A DNA stretch of 64,000 bases. Source: Arenicellales bacterium. Lineage in GTDB: Bacteria > Pseudomonadota > Gammaproteobacteria > Arenicellales > JAJDZL01. The first letter of the stretch is position 1. Each line of letters starts with the position of its first letter. The notes beneath the pieces are model-generated. The model was not told where the DNA came from and ran no database searches. It saw nothing but the letters and a program-made list of their open reading frames with translations. The position numbers and the translations under genes are program-made. The DNA lies in contig OX638343.1 of the NCBI GenBank assembly GCA_951813075.1, positions 1,899,087-1,963,086 on the forward strand, read 5' to 3'. Below are positions 19,532 through 28,716 of the stretch, piece after piece.

Positions 19532-21334
19532 TTAATCATCCAGTGTGAATACAGTCATAACACCGCCAAGCGATGTAAATCTAGACAAAGACTTATAAGC
19601 GCCAACCGCGCCTAAACCATCTGTATCACCTGTCAAGCCAGCAGCAAAGCCAATTCCAGCCCAGCCGCCTAAACCTGAAAGTACTGCGACATATTGCTTA
19701 CCGCCATGCATGTAGGTATTGACATTACCAATGATTCCGGATGGCGTTTTAAAACGATACAGTTCACGACCTGTGTCGATATCCACCGCTTTCAGATAAC
19801 CTTCCAGAGTACCGTAGAAGACTACATCTCCCGCGGTCGCCAGTGCGCCACTCCAAACGGAAAATGGTTCAGGATTTGACCATACAATTTTCCCTTCAGC
19901 AGCATCCCAAGCGATGAAGTTACCAAGATGGTTACCGCCCGGTGCCGGAAACATTGAAAGTGTTGCTCCAACGTAAGGCTGCCCAGCAGTGTAGGTTACC
20001 GCATAGGGCTCATAGTCCATGCAAACATGATTGGTAGGAACATAGAACAGACCTGTGCGTGGCGAATATGCAGCTGGTTGCTGGTCTTTTGAACCAAGCG
20101 CGGCAGGACAGACATCAGTCGTGTTTACATCCTCACCGTTGTAGTGAGTGCTGTAACGACTGACGACCTGTGGACGGCCGCTAACCATGTCAACATGTGT
20201 TGCCCAATTCACTGCAGGATCGAATTTTTGAGCTACCAGAAGCTCGCCAGTGACTCTATCAAGCGTATAGCCGAAGCCATTTCGGTCGAAATGTACGACA
20301 ACATTTCTCATCTCCCCACCGATTTCGATATCAGCAAGGATCATTTCATTGACACCGTCATAATCCCATTCATCATGCGGAGTCATTTGATAGACCCATT
20401 TTGCCATGCCGGTATCAGCATCGCGTGCAAATATGGTCATTGACCAACGATTGTCACCAGGGCGTTGTACGGGGTTCCAAGTACTGGGGTTACCCGTTCC
20501 ATAGTAGACGAGGTTCAAATCATCGTCATATGAAAACCAACCCCACGTGGTTCCGCCACCAATTATCCACTGGTCGCCTTCCCATGTTGCTGTTCCAGAA
20601 TCGACACCTACCGGAGCTCCCAAATGAGTTGTGTTCTCCGGGTCCATTAATGTGTCAGAATCAGGTCCCATGGAATAACCTTTCCAGACCAAATCACCAT
20701 TCTCAGTGTTATAAGCAGTCAGGCTGCCACGAACACCGAACTCACCGCCGCTGATGCCAACATAGACCATATCGCGAACGACCATCGGCGCTGCGGTGCC
20801 TGTTTCTCCCTTACCTGGATCACCGTTGACGACTTGCCATACGACTGCTCCTGTCGCGGCGTCCAATGCGGTTAGTTTGGCATCTGCCTGATAAAGGAAA
20901 ATTTTTCCATTACCATAAGCAACCCCACGATTCACCGTATCGCAGCACATGACCGGAATCACTGAAGGATCTTGAGTCGGTTCGTGCATCCAGATTATTT
21001 CACCTTCGTTGTTCAAATCCAGAGCATAGACACGGTTTGGAAACGGAGTATGAACATACATCGTGTCTCCGATTACCAATGGGCCACCTTCATGACCTCT
21101 CAGAACGCCCGTGGAAAATGTCCAAGCCACCTCCAGATCACCGACATTATCGCGATTGATCTGCGCAAGTTCACTGTAACGGTGATTCTCGTAGTTGCCG
21201 GTTGGCATGGCCCAATTAGCGGGATTCGCACTCATTACCATAAGTTCTTCATTAGCCTGTGCAGAAGCACCTACCAATAACGCAGAAGATACGGCTATGA
21301 GAATCCCAATTTGTGATATTTTCTTTTTAATCAT
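19532..21334 (-). CDS. xoxF: PQQ-dependent methanol/alcohol dehydrogenase, XoxF (lanthanide-dependent) type
   Basis: 600 aa with a signal peptide and the vicinal disulfide pair in [22 protein letters not shown] has Asp two residues after the catalytic Asp (DYD), the lanthanide-coordination signature; MxaF has DYA. Confidence 0.9.
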   Translation of the reverse strand: MIKKKISQIGILIAVSSALLVGASAQANEELMVMSANPANWAMPTGNYENHRYSELAQINRDNVGDLEVAWTFSTGVLRGHEGGPLVIGDTMYVHTPFPNRVYALDLNNEGEIIWMHEPTQDPSVIPVMCCDTVNRGVAYGNGKIFLYQADAKLTALDAATGAVVWQVVNGDPGKGETGTAAPMVVRDMVYVGISGGEFGVRGSLTAYNTENGDLVWKGYSMGPDSDTLMDPENTTHLGAPVGVDSGTATWEGDQWIIGGGTTWGWFSYDDDLNLVYYGTGNPSTWNPVQRPGDNRWSMTIFARDADTGMAKWVYQMTPHDEWDYDGVNEMILADIEIGGEMRNVVVHFDRNGFGYTLDRVTGELLVAQKFDPAVNWATHVDMVSGRPQVVSRYSTHYNGEDVNTTDVCPAALGSKDQQPAAYSPRTGLFYVPTNHVCMDYEPYAVTYTAGQPYVGATLSMFPAPGGNHLGNFIAWDAAEGKIVWSNPEPFSVWSGALATAGDVVFYGTLEGYLKAVDIDTGRELYRFKTPSGIIGNVNTYMHGGKQYVAVLSGLGGWAGIGFAAGLTGDTDGLGAVGAYKSLSRFTSLGGVMTVFTLDD

Positions 21335-21829
21335 TTCTTACCCCTCAATTAGAAGGTAAATTTATACAAAATTAATTTTGCAGGAAGTACAGCAGTAACA
21401 ACAAAAATAGTGAAATTATTTTTCAGTTGCAAGAAGTTTACACTAATAAATGTTAAAACTATACTTCTATACAATTCAGCAATTTACCATTATCCATTGG
21501 TATATTTCAAGTATTTTTTACACATATCAGAATTTCATATACTCCAATTGGAATTTAGACGTCACAATTCGGTAATTTTTCCGCACTGAGCCAAATCTGT
21601 TAAGGTCGATATTACATATGGCGTGATCCGGCACGGTCCAGGTTCGGATACGCTGTTCACCGGCCGATTGGCCTTGGTGAAAACATACAGTATTCTTCCG
21701 ATACCTCGGAACACGCCGGCACGGGTTGGATCAAGCCGCTCGAACGGCTCAGTGCAAAAGCGGAAATCCCCGTATCTGACTCAACACCTCATCAAGCATC
21801 TGGCGTATTTCACAATTTGTCCGGCGATG

Positions 21830-22018
21830 TCATACAACCGCAGACGCGCTGCCACCCGAACGACGAAGCCAGTTACCCAGAGTCGTCAAGGTCGGCAATC
21901 TGCGATTGACCAGTTCGCTCAATTCGAGAAGCGCCACCAGGTGCGCCAATACCATCAGCCCACCATGCGAGGTCAATTTCAATTGGCTATCTTTGAGATG
22001 GTAGGGTGGAATTTTCAC
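21830..22018 (-). pseudogene. Probable N-terminal remnant of a DDE transposase (IS1380/IS4-like)
   Basis: A GTG-started 62-codon ORF with AAGGAG upstream gives MKIPPYHLKDSQLKLTSHGGLMVLAHLVALLELSELVNRRLPTLTTLGNWLRR. This resembles the LTSNAGL...L..FL N-termini of IS1380-type transposases as I remember them. The frame breaks after 62 codons. It sits in a GC-richer 0.4-kb patch (about 21620-22020) inside AT-rich spacer. Confidence 0.35.
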
Positions 22019-22221
22019 ACGCCTTATCTCCTTTCTCCCATCAGGTGAATTTTGGTTTACTTGGATGACCTTGTTTTACAAAAGTTTTTACTCCCTCCAC
22101 AACTCTATTTTCCGATCCAGAATATACATAATCAATTTGATGCAGAACACTCGATAGTATTACAATCTCACTAAAATAAAAAAGAAGAACTGAACAGGTA
22201 GCACTCATCTGGACATCCGAC

Positions 22222-23034
22222 ATGTTTAAAAATGCCTTGACGACACTCGTCATTCTAATATTTCTACCCTTCAACACGTATGGCTTGGAAGCAACTTCGT
22301 CAGAAAACGATCGCTGGGCTTTCATCAAGGAAGCGATTGTCGGAGAGCAGAATATTTTTGATGGAACTGGAGTTCTGGAACTAGAAGCACCTCATCGAGC
22401 GTATGATGCTGCTCTTGTACCTATTACCGTGACGGCCAAGATTCCACAAACGGAAGAACAGTATATTTCAAAGATTTATCTGGTTGTCGATATGAATCCG
22501 GCACCATTAGCCGGTACTTTTGAGTTCGCCCCGGATAGTGGCTGGGATTCATTTGAAACTCGGATTCGAATTAACGAGTATACCAATGTACGGGCAATTG
22601 CCGAACTCAATACAGGTGAGCTCTATATGAGTAAAGCGTTCGTTAAAGCCAGTGGTGGCTGTTCCGCTCCAGCGATGTCTGACATGGAGTCGGCGCTAAA
22701 ACGATTGGGAAAGATGAAAATGTCTTTGATCGATGAACCTGTGCCGGGGGAGTCCAGTACAGTTCAGGTAATGGTGAGCCACCCAAACAATTCCGGTATG
22801 CAGTTTGACCAAGTCAGTCGTCACTATATTCCAGCCCATTTCATCCACAAACTCGGCGTAAGCTATAACGACAAAGAAATTGTAAAAATAGATACGAACT
22901 TTTCGCTCAGCGAAAATCCCGCCATTCGCTTTTCGTTTGTGCCAGAGCGAAAAGGGAAACTAGCTGCATATGCAATTGACACGAAGAACAACAGATTTGA
23001 GCATACCTGGACAATCGATCTAACTGCAAATTGA
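22222..23034 (+). CDS. Quinoprotein-dehydrogenase-associated SoxYZ-like carrier (fused SoxY-like and SoxZ-like domains)
   Basis: 270 aa with a signal peptide. An internal carrier-like motif KASGGCSAP ends the SoxY-like half, and a SoxZ-like half follows (VMVSHPNNSGMQ). Confidence 0.7.
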   Translation: MFKNALTTLVILIFLPFNTYGLEATSSENDRWAFIKEAIVGEQNIFDGTGVLELEAPHRAYDAALVPITVTAKIPQTEEQYISKIYLVVDMNPAPLAGTFEFAPDSGWDSFETRIRINEYTNVRAIAELNTGELYMSKAFVKASGGCSAPAMSDMESALKRLGKMKMSLIDEPVPGESSTVQVMVSHPNNSGMQFDQVSRHYIPAHFIHKLGVSYNDKEIVKIDTNFSLSENPAIRFSFVPERKGKLAAYAIDTKNNRFEHTWTIDLTAN

Positions 23035-23090
23035 AGTAATTTTCAACTCGGTTGGTGGTTGGTATCCCTACCAGCATTTTGAAGTCAAAA

Positions 23091-23462
23091 TCAAAAACAG
23101 TTTAGTGTAGATACAGCCTGTGCTTCCTGAAGTTTATCTGTAATTTCTTTCGCCCACGTACTGGTTCTAAAAAAAACTCCGCGCTGGCCCGCGGAAAGCT
23201 GGGTTCGAAGAACAGTATCCGCTTGTACGTATTCTTCGTACGTCAAAAATGTCGAAATTTCATCAATACTGCATGAGCATCGCCCCAGCATCTCTGGAGT
23301 TTGTCCATTGGCCGCCATACAAGCAAGAACGTAATCGACTTTAGCACTCGTTGGATAATCAGACCCAACGCAATCGGTCGATGCAATAGCGGATTTTGCA
23401 ATCATTCCGATCAGAATGAAGCAGCTGAACGCAATGAATAATAAACGTAATTTTTTCACCAT
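23091..23462 (-). CDS. Hypothetical small Cys-rich secreted protein
   Basis: Start chosen at MVKKLRLLFIAFSCFILIGMIAKSAIAS (signal peptide). Six Cys in the mature part. No family recognised. Confidence 0.5.
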   Translation of the reverse strand: MVKKLRLLFIAFSCFILIGMIAKSAIASTDCVGSDYPTSAKVDYVLACMAANGQTPEMLGRCSCSIDEISTFLTYEEYVQADTVLRTQLSAGQRGVFFRTSTWAKEITDKLQEAQAVSTLNCF

Positions 23463-23487
23463 TTTCTCTTTATCCTCGTCAATATTT

Positions 23488-24174
23488 TCAATGCGTTGCA
23501 ACACCATCCAAACTCAACGTTTCTCGAATTATGTCGGAATCCTGAACAACGATGGTCTCTAAACTCGCCACGTAACCCGGTAAGTCTCTGGATAACGTAA
23601 CGCTATAGATTTTGTCCACGTAATAAGACAATCTTTCTCTCAGTGGAGCATTGACGTACGGTTTAAATTCAATTTTAACCGCATCAATTAATTTTTCGTT
23701 GTATGAAATAGTCGTATCTAAAACGGACGGGTTGTCAGCAAGAGCATGTCGAATTCGATTGCGAAAATAGAGTTGACCACCACCGGTAATAGTACTCATC
23801 TCTTGCACATCACGCTCCCAAAAAGCAATAATAATCGGATTACCACGAATCCCATGAAACACTGGGAAATCAATCCTGCTATCGCCAGTTAAAAACTCCA
23901 ACTCAATCTGGTGGCGCTGATCTTGGTCGGTACTGACTACTTTTAATGCAACACTATCACTAGTATGTTTATCCGACTTTATGCTCACAAGGCGGTACAA
24001 AATGTCGGTGCCTGGAGGTGCAAGTTCGAAGTGTGCAGTGGAGTAAATCAACTGTTGCGCTTCGTTTAGCTCAAACGACTGGGCATTACCGAGTTGCGAA
24101 AGACTAAAATTCAACAACACAGCGAAGACTACAGATCGTAAAACTCGATTTTCAAGCGCATAGCGGATAATCAT
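23488..24174 (-). CDS. Hypothetical secreted protein
   Basis: 228-aa ORF with an N-terminal hydrophobic leader (VVFAVLLNFSLSQLGNAQS). No family recognised. Co-oriented with the 23091 gene. Confidence 0.55.
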   Translation of the reverse strand: MIIRYALENRVLRSVVFAVLLNFSLSQLGNAQSFELNEAQQLIYSTAHFELAPPGTDILYRLVSIKSDKHTSDSVALKVVSTDQDQRHQIELEFLTGDSRIDFPVFHGIRGNPIIIAFWERDVQEMSTITGGGQLYFRNRIRHALADNPSVLDTTISYNEKLIDAVKIEFKPYVNAPLRERLSYYVDKIYSVTLSRDLPGYVASLETIVVQDSDIIRETLSLDGVATH

Positions 24175-24357
24175 TGTGCTTTTTCACCTGGTAATTCAAA
24201 TTAGTTGTGTATTGTGTTCATTGTGTCAAATTTAACTGATGCTGATTCAAATTATTATTCAATTTCAGCGCGTAAAATCGTGAATCGATGTATTTTGAAT
24301 TCTATACTTGGTTCTATAGCCAAATTTCCAATTAACTTTGATTGATTCTGAAATTAT

Positions 24358-25281
24358 ATGTACAGACAACTATCTCTCCAACTATCCGCAGTATTAATTC
24401 TGCTGTGGCCTCATGTTGCTTTATCTGCAGACAATTTCAATTTATCTGAAGTTGCACCAGGTGTTTTCGTTCACTTCGGAAAACATGAAGAAGCTAATGG
24501 ACAAAACCTGGGGGATATTGCGAACATTGGATTTATAGTTGGCAGCGAATCCATAGCTGTAATTGATGCGGGTGGTTCCGTCGAAATTGGAAGGCGGCTC
24601 CGAGAGAGCATTGGACGACATTCCTTTCTTCCGATACGATATCTCATCATTTCACACATTCATCCAGACCACACACTCGGTTCTCCTGCCTTTGCTGAGG
24701 ATCAGCCGGATATCATCGGTCATTTTCGTTTACCTCAGGCAATTACTCAGCGAGGAGAGTTTTATATCGATCGCTTCAAAGGAATTCTAGGCGATCATAA
24801 CGCTACAACAATTCTCTCTCCAAATCTGCTGGTAGAGTCTGAAATGAAAATTGATCTGGGGAATCGAATTCTCTTGATAAAAGCCCACCAGACAGCGCAC
24901 ACCGACAATGACCTAAGCATATATGATGAGAATACCAAATCATTGTGGTTAGCCGATTTGTTGTTTTTGGACCGCACTCCCGCAATTGACGGAAGTACCA
25001 TCGGCTGGATCAATACCTTGAAGTCTCTCCAAAAAGTAAGCGCCAATGTGGTGATACCTGGTCACGGGGATATCGTAGAAAATTGGCCGGAAGGATCAAA
25101 CAAGATTCTTGGATATTTTGTCGATTTAGTAAATTGGGTTCGTAATCTAATTCAGAACGGTGAAAGCATGGCCTCAGCAACAAGACTGTCTGAATCTGCC
25201 GAAGCGGGTGATTGGTTACTGTTTGATGACTATCATCCGCGCAATGTGGTGAAAACTTTCGCGGAACTTGAATGGGAATGA
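24358..25281 (+). CDS. Periplasmic metallo-beta-lactamase-fold zinc hydrolase (quinoprotein relay system type)
   Basis: Signal peptide, the HxHxDH motif in ISHIHPDHTLG, and further downstream His residues (HQTAHTDND, PGHG). Confidence 0.8.
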   Translation: MYRQLSLQLSAVLILLWPHVALSADNFNLSEVAPGVFVHFGKHEEANGQNLGDIANIGFIVGSESIAVIDAGGSVEIGRRLRESIGRHSFLPIRYLIISHIHPDHTLGSPAFAEDQPDIIGHFRLPQAITQRGEFYIDRFKGILGDHNATTILSPNLLVESEMKIDLGNRILLIKAHQTAHTDNDLSIYDENTKSLWLADLLFLDRTPAIDGSTIGWINTLKSLQKVSANVVIPGHGDIVENWPEGSNKILGYFVDLVNWVRNLIQNGESMASATRLSESAEAGDWLLFDDYHPRNVVKTFAELEWE

Positions 25282-25525
25282 TAACGACTCAATAATTTGT
25301 CTTGCAGGCAAATAATTGGACACGGAATTAATTTCATACACTCTTGTAGTTAGCTTCCACTCCAACATGAAGGTGTTCGGTATGGATTGGATTGTGATTG
25401 AGACATAGATCAACGGGATGGTCCGTTCATTTGTAGTAATAGTACGACTGAATTACAATATATTCAACTGATTGCGGATACATCGCTCGTTCGACACCTG
25501 CCTGATTGGTGGCAATTTTCTTCAA

Positions 25526-26053
25526 ATGAGACAAAAACTAATTTCGATATTCCTCATTCTTGTATTCTTTTCTAGCTTTCAATCTGCGAATGTAATTGGG
25601 GCTGAGGTGAAGAGCAAGGCTGTTGTATTTGACTTCGAGATAATTGATTCCAGTGGAGAAGGCGAGCATCCAGAACATCAACAAAGAATAGCGCTGGTAA
25701 CCAATTTGTTAAAAGAACTTTTGATCGAAACGAACTCATTTGAAATTGTGTCTTGGGAGCCAGTTGAGAATTTGATTGAAAGCCGCTACCCACTGCATCG
25801 ATGCAATGGATGTGAGACATCTATTGCCAGTCAAATCGGTGCCGATTATGCTTTCTTGGGCAGAATCAACAAAGTTAGCACTCTGATCCTGGCTGTCGCT
25901 ATCACAGTAACTGATACCCATCGGAATGTGCCGGTGAGAGCCGTCAGAGTCGGCATTCGCGGTGATACGGACGAAGCTTGGTCCAGAGGAGTTCGCTATA
26001 TAGTAAAAAATAAACTCAATTTAGAGGCTCTTGAAAAACCTGCAGGTCAATAA
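25526..26053 (+). CDS. Small secreted protein (DUF3280-like)
   Basis: Start chosen at MRQKLISIFLILVFFSSFQSANVIG (signal peptide). Contains a CNGC motif. Family assignment is from memory only. Confidence 0.5.
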   Translation: MRQKLISIFLILVFFSSFQSANVIGAEVKSKAVVFDFEIIDSSGEGEHPEHQQRIALVTNLLKELLIETNSFEIVSWEPVENLIESRYPLHRCNGCETSIASQIGADYAFLGRINKVSTLILAVAITVTDTHRNVPVRAVRVGIRGDTDEAWSRGVRYIVKNKLNLEALEKPAGQ

Positions 26054-26077
26054 TGTATTCAATGGAGGATTAATTAC

Positions 26078-27094
26078 ATGAAATCATTTCTTTGCAGATC
26101 ATTAAAAGTTCGTTTATATCCAGTCATTGGAGTGTTTCTACTTTTATTTTCCTGCCAAACTTTGGCAACCGAACAGTTGACCATCGGGGTGCTGAAATTT
26201 GGGACGGTACGATGGGAACTGGATGTAATTCAACATCACGGTCTGGCGAAGAAACGAGGTCTTGAGCTCAATGTACTTGCACTTGCCTCATCAAATGCAA
26301 TCAATGTATCGCTGCAGGGAGGTACATCAGATATTATCGTCAACGACTGGATTTGGGTTTCCCGTCAGCGCGATGAGGGAAAATCTTACACATTTGTCCC
26401 CTACTCCGTAGCCGCAGGTGGATTAATGGCAAGGGCAGACAGTGGTATCAATTCTGTCTCGGACTTGGTGGGTCGAAATCTTGGAGTCGCAGGTGGCCCT
26501 GTTGACAAGAGCTGGTTATTACTGCGTGCTCATATGAAAAAAAATCATAACCTTGACCCACAGGAAGTTTCCGAAGTCAATTTTGGAACGCCACCGCTTT
26601 TAAACGAGTTGGCACTGCGGGGAGATTTGGATGCAATTTTGAATTTCTGGCATTGGGGAGCGCGTTTCAAAGCCGCGGGTCATAAACAAGTCATCTCCAT
26701 TCCTGAAGTTCTCGGTGGACTCGGAATCGACCAGACTCTCGCGTTGATTGGCTGGACATTTGATGAAAACATAGCCTCGGAACGTCCAGGTGTTATGGAA
26801 GCATTTGCTGCAGCATCCTATGAAGCCAAGAAAATTCTGCTTGAATCCGATGAAGAATGGGAAAGGCTTCGTCCACTGACAAAAGCAAAAGACGATGCGA
26901 CTCTGATAGAATTGCGCGACGCATTCCGCGCTGGCATTCCTAGAAATTTTGGTGAATCAGAAAAGAATACAGCTGCAGAAATATTTGCACTGCTTGCACA
27001 GGAAGGTGGAACGAAGCTCGTTGGGAATTCAACACAATTGAATCCGGGAACGTTCTGGAATGGCTTTACTGTACACGAGAGCTTGTTTGAATAA
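26078..27094 (+). CDS. ABC transporter periplasmic binding protein, NMT1/SsuA/TauA-like (NitT/TauT family)
   Basis: 338 aa with a signal peptide. Followed by a matching permease and ATPase. Confidence 0.75.
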   Translation: MKSFLCRSLKVRLYPVIGVFLLLFSCQTLATEQLTIGVLKFGTVRWELDVIQHHGLAKKRGLELNVLALASSNAINVSLQGGTSDIIVNDWIWVSRQRDEGKSYTFVPYSVAAGGLMARADSGINSVSDLVGRNLGVAGGPVDKSWLLLRAHMKKNHNLDPQEVSEVNFGTPPLLNELALRGDLDAILNFWHWGARFKAAGHKQVISIPEVLGGLGIDQTLALIGWTFDENIASERPGVMEAFAAASYEAKKILLESDEEWERLRPLTKAKDDATLIELRDAFRAGIPRNFGESEKNTAAEIFALLAQEGGTKLVGNSTQLNPGTFWNGFTVHESLFE

Positions 27095-27100
27095 TTTCAA

Positions 27101-27841
27101 GTGTCTGGAACACTTATCCGCGCAACGTGTTTGGCAGCACTTCTTGTTGTCTGGCAAGTTGTAGCAACTTGGCTGAATGACCCAATCCTACCGTCACCGA
27201 TTGCGGTCGCTGACAAAATCGTCGAGCACTTTAACCAAGGCGAGCTTTTATCGCATCTAGGCATCACTCTACTTCGAGTTTTCGCCGCATTCTTTATCGC
27301 CATGGCGGTTGGCTCGATCGTTGGAATTCTGATGGGTGCCTCGAAAACTACCGATTCGGCGTTGGACGGAATTTTAGTTCTCGCACTCAACATTCCTGCC
27401 CTGGTTACAATTCTTCTATGTTACATATGGCTGGGGCTCACCGACGTCGCCGCCGTCGCCGCAGTTGCGTTGAATAAAATTCCAACTGTTACAGTAACAC
27501 TGCGTGAAGGGGCTCGAGCCGTTGATAAAGAACTACTTCAAGTCGCCAAGGCGTTTCGTTTAAGTGCATCCAAAACACTATTCAATGTATACCTGCCGCA
27601 ACTATATCCTTACCTGATGGCGGCCTCGCGCAATGGCTTGGCACTAATATGGAAAATCGTACTGGTAGTCGAGTTACTGGGAAGGAGTAGCGGAGTGGGT
27701 TTTCAATTGGGAACTTTTTTTCAATTCTTCGATATCGCCAGCATTCTTGCTTACACTGTAGCATTCATCGTTGTCATTATGCTGATCGAACAGTTGATTA
27801 TGCGGCCGCTGGACAGAAGAATTGCAACTTGGAGGGTTTAA
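27101..27841 (+). CDS. ABC transporter permease (NitT/TauT family, SsuC/TauC-like)
   Basis: 246-aa polytopic protein with a BPD-transporter-type EAA-like region (ASRNGLALIWKIVLVVELLG). Confidence 0.85.
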   Translation: MSGTLIRATCLAALLVVWQVVATWLNDPILPSPIAVADKIVEHFNQGELLSHLGITLLRVFAAFFIAMAVGSIVGILMGASKTTDSALDGILVLALNIPALVTILLCYIWLGLTDVAAVAAVALNKIPTVTVTLREGARAVDKELLQVAKAFRLSASKTLFNVYLPQLYPYLMAASRNGLALIWKIVLVVELLGRSSGVGFQLGTFFQFFDIASILAYTVAFIVVIMLIEQLIMRPLDRRIATWRV

Positions 27842-28569
27842 CCATTCTCGACGTTCAAATTGACGAGAAATTTTATGTCCCCGAATCAATCATTTTGGAG
27901 GGCCTCAAATTCAAAGTCAATAAAGGAGAGATTGTTTCGATAACCGGGCCGTCGGGGTGTGGCAAGACAACTTTATTGAATTTGTTGGCTGGACTTGACA
28001 CCAACTTCAAAGGCACAGTTGCCAAGAACTTCAATCAAGCAACTGCAACCCACGATATTGGAATGGTTTTTCAGCAGCCAAGACTCATGCCATGGTTGAC
28101 GGCGATAGAGAATCTGTTACTGGTAATGAAAGGTGACAGGCAAGAAAATCTGGAAATTTGTGAGCAAAAACTCACTCAGGTTGGACTTCAAGATGCTCGG
28201 AATTACTTCCCTCACCAAATGTCAGGGGGTATGCAACGACGGTTGTCTATGGCGAGAGCGTTTGTCATTGAGCCACCTATACTGTTGTTGGATGAACCTT
28301 TTATTTCGATAGATTTAGCGACTGCCAACAAGCAAAGGAAATTACTATTGACTCTGTGCGAAGAAACCAAACCTCTCGTTATTCTAGTCACTCATGACTT
28401 GCGCGAAGCAATTTCTCTATCAGACCGGATTCTGTTCATGTGTAATTCTCCGAGCAAAGTTGTCGGTGAGTATCGTGTCCAATTGAAAACAAACAGAGAT
28501 CTCAATGATCCAAGGGTGAGTGACATATATACTGAATTAACGACGAAATTCAGCAGTTTAACCGAATAA
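27829..28569 (+). CDS. ABC transporter ATP-binding protein (NitT/TauT family)
   Basis: Walker A GPSGCGKTT, signature MSGGMQRR, Walker B LLLDEP. 13-nt overlap with the permease gene. Confidence 0.9.
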   Translation: MEGLTILDVQIDEKFYVPESIILEGLKFKVNKGEIVSITGPSGCGKTTLLNLLAGLDTNFKGTVAKNFNQATATHDIGMVFQQPRLMPWLTAIENLLLVMKGDRQENLEICEQKLTQVGLQDARNYFPHQMSGGMQRRLSMARAFVIEPPILLLDEPFISIDLATANKQRKLLLTLCEETKPLVILVTHDLREAISLSDRILFMCNSPSKVVGEYRVQLKTNRDLNDPRVSDIYTELTTKFSSLTE

Positions 28570-28716
28570 GGCTTAAAATTATTAGCTCATATAAGTACTG
28601 AAAAAAATTCGATAGGTATCGAGAATGACGATTCGCAGGCTTTTAAATCAAAGTTGATCATCCCAACCTGCTGTGTCATTGCTAAAGTGAAAATTTAAAA
28701 ATTCGGAGAGAATGTT

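Noticed and set aside
21623-22048. 141-aa plus-strand ORF in the xoxF/SoxYZ spacer.
   Set aside because: The translation is Arg/Thr/Ser/Pro-rich with no motif. It is antisense to the better-supported transposase-like N-terminal fragment, which has its own RBS.
22041-22328. 95-aa minus-strand ORF overlapping the start of the SoxYZ-like gene.
   Set aside because: It overlaps the well-supported signal-peptide-encoding 5' end of the carrier gene and an AT-rich promoter region. It has no RBS and no recognisable motif.
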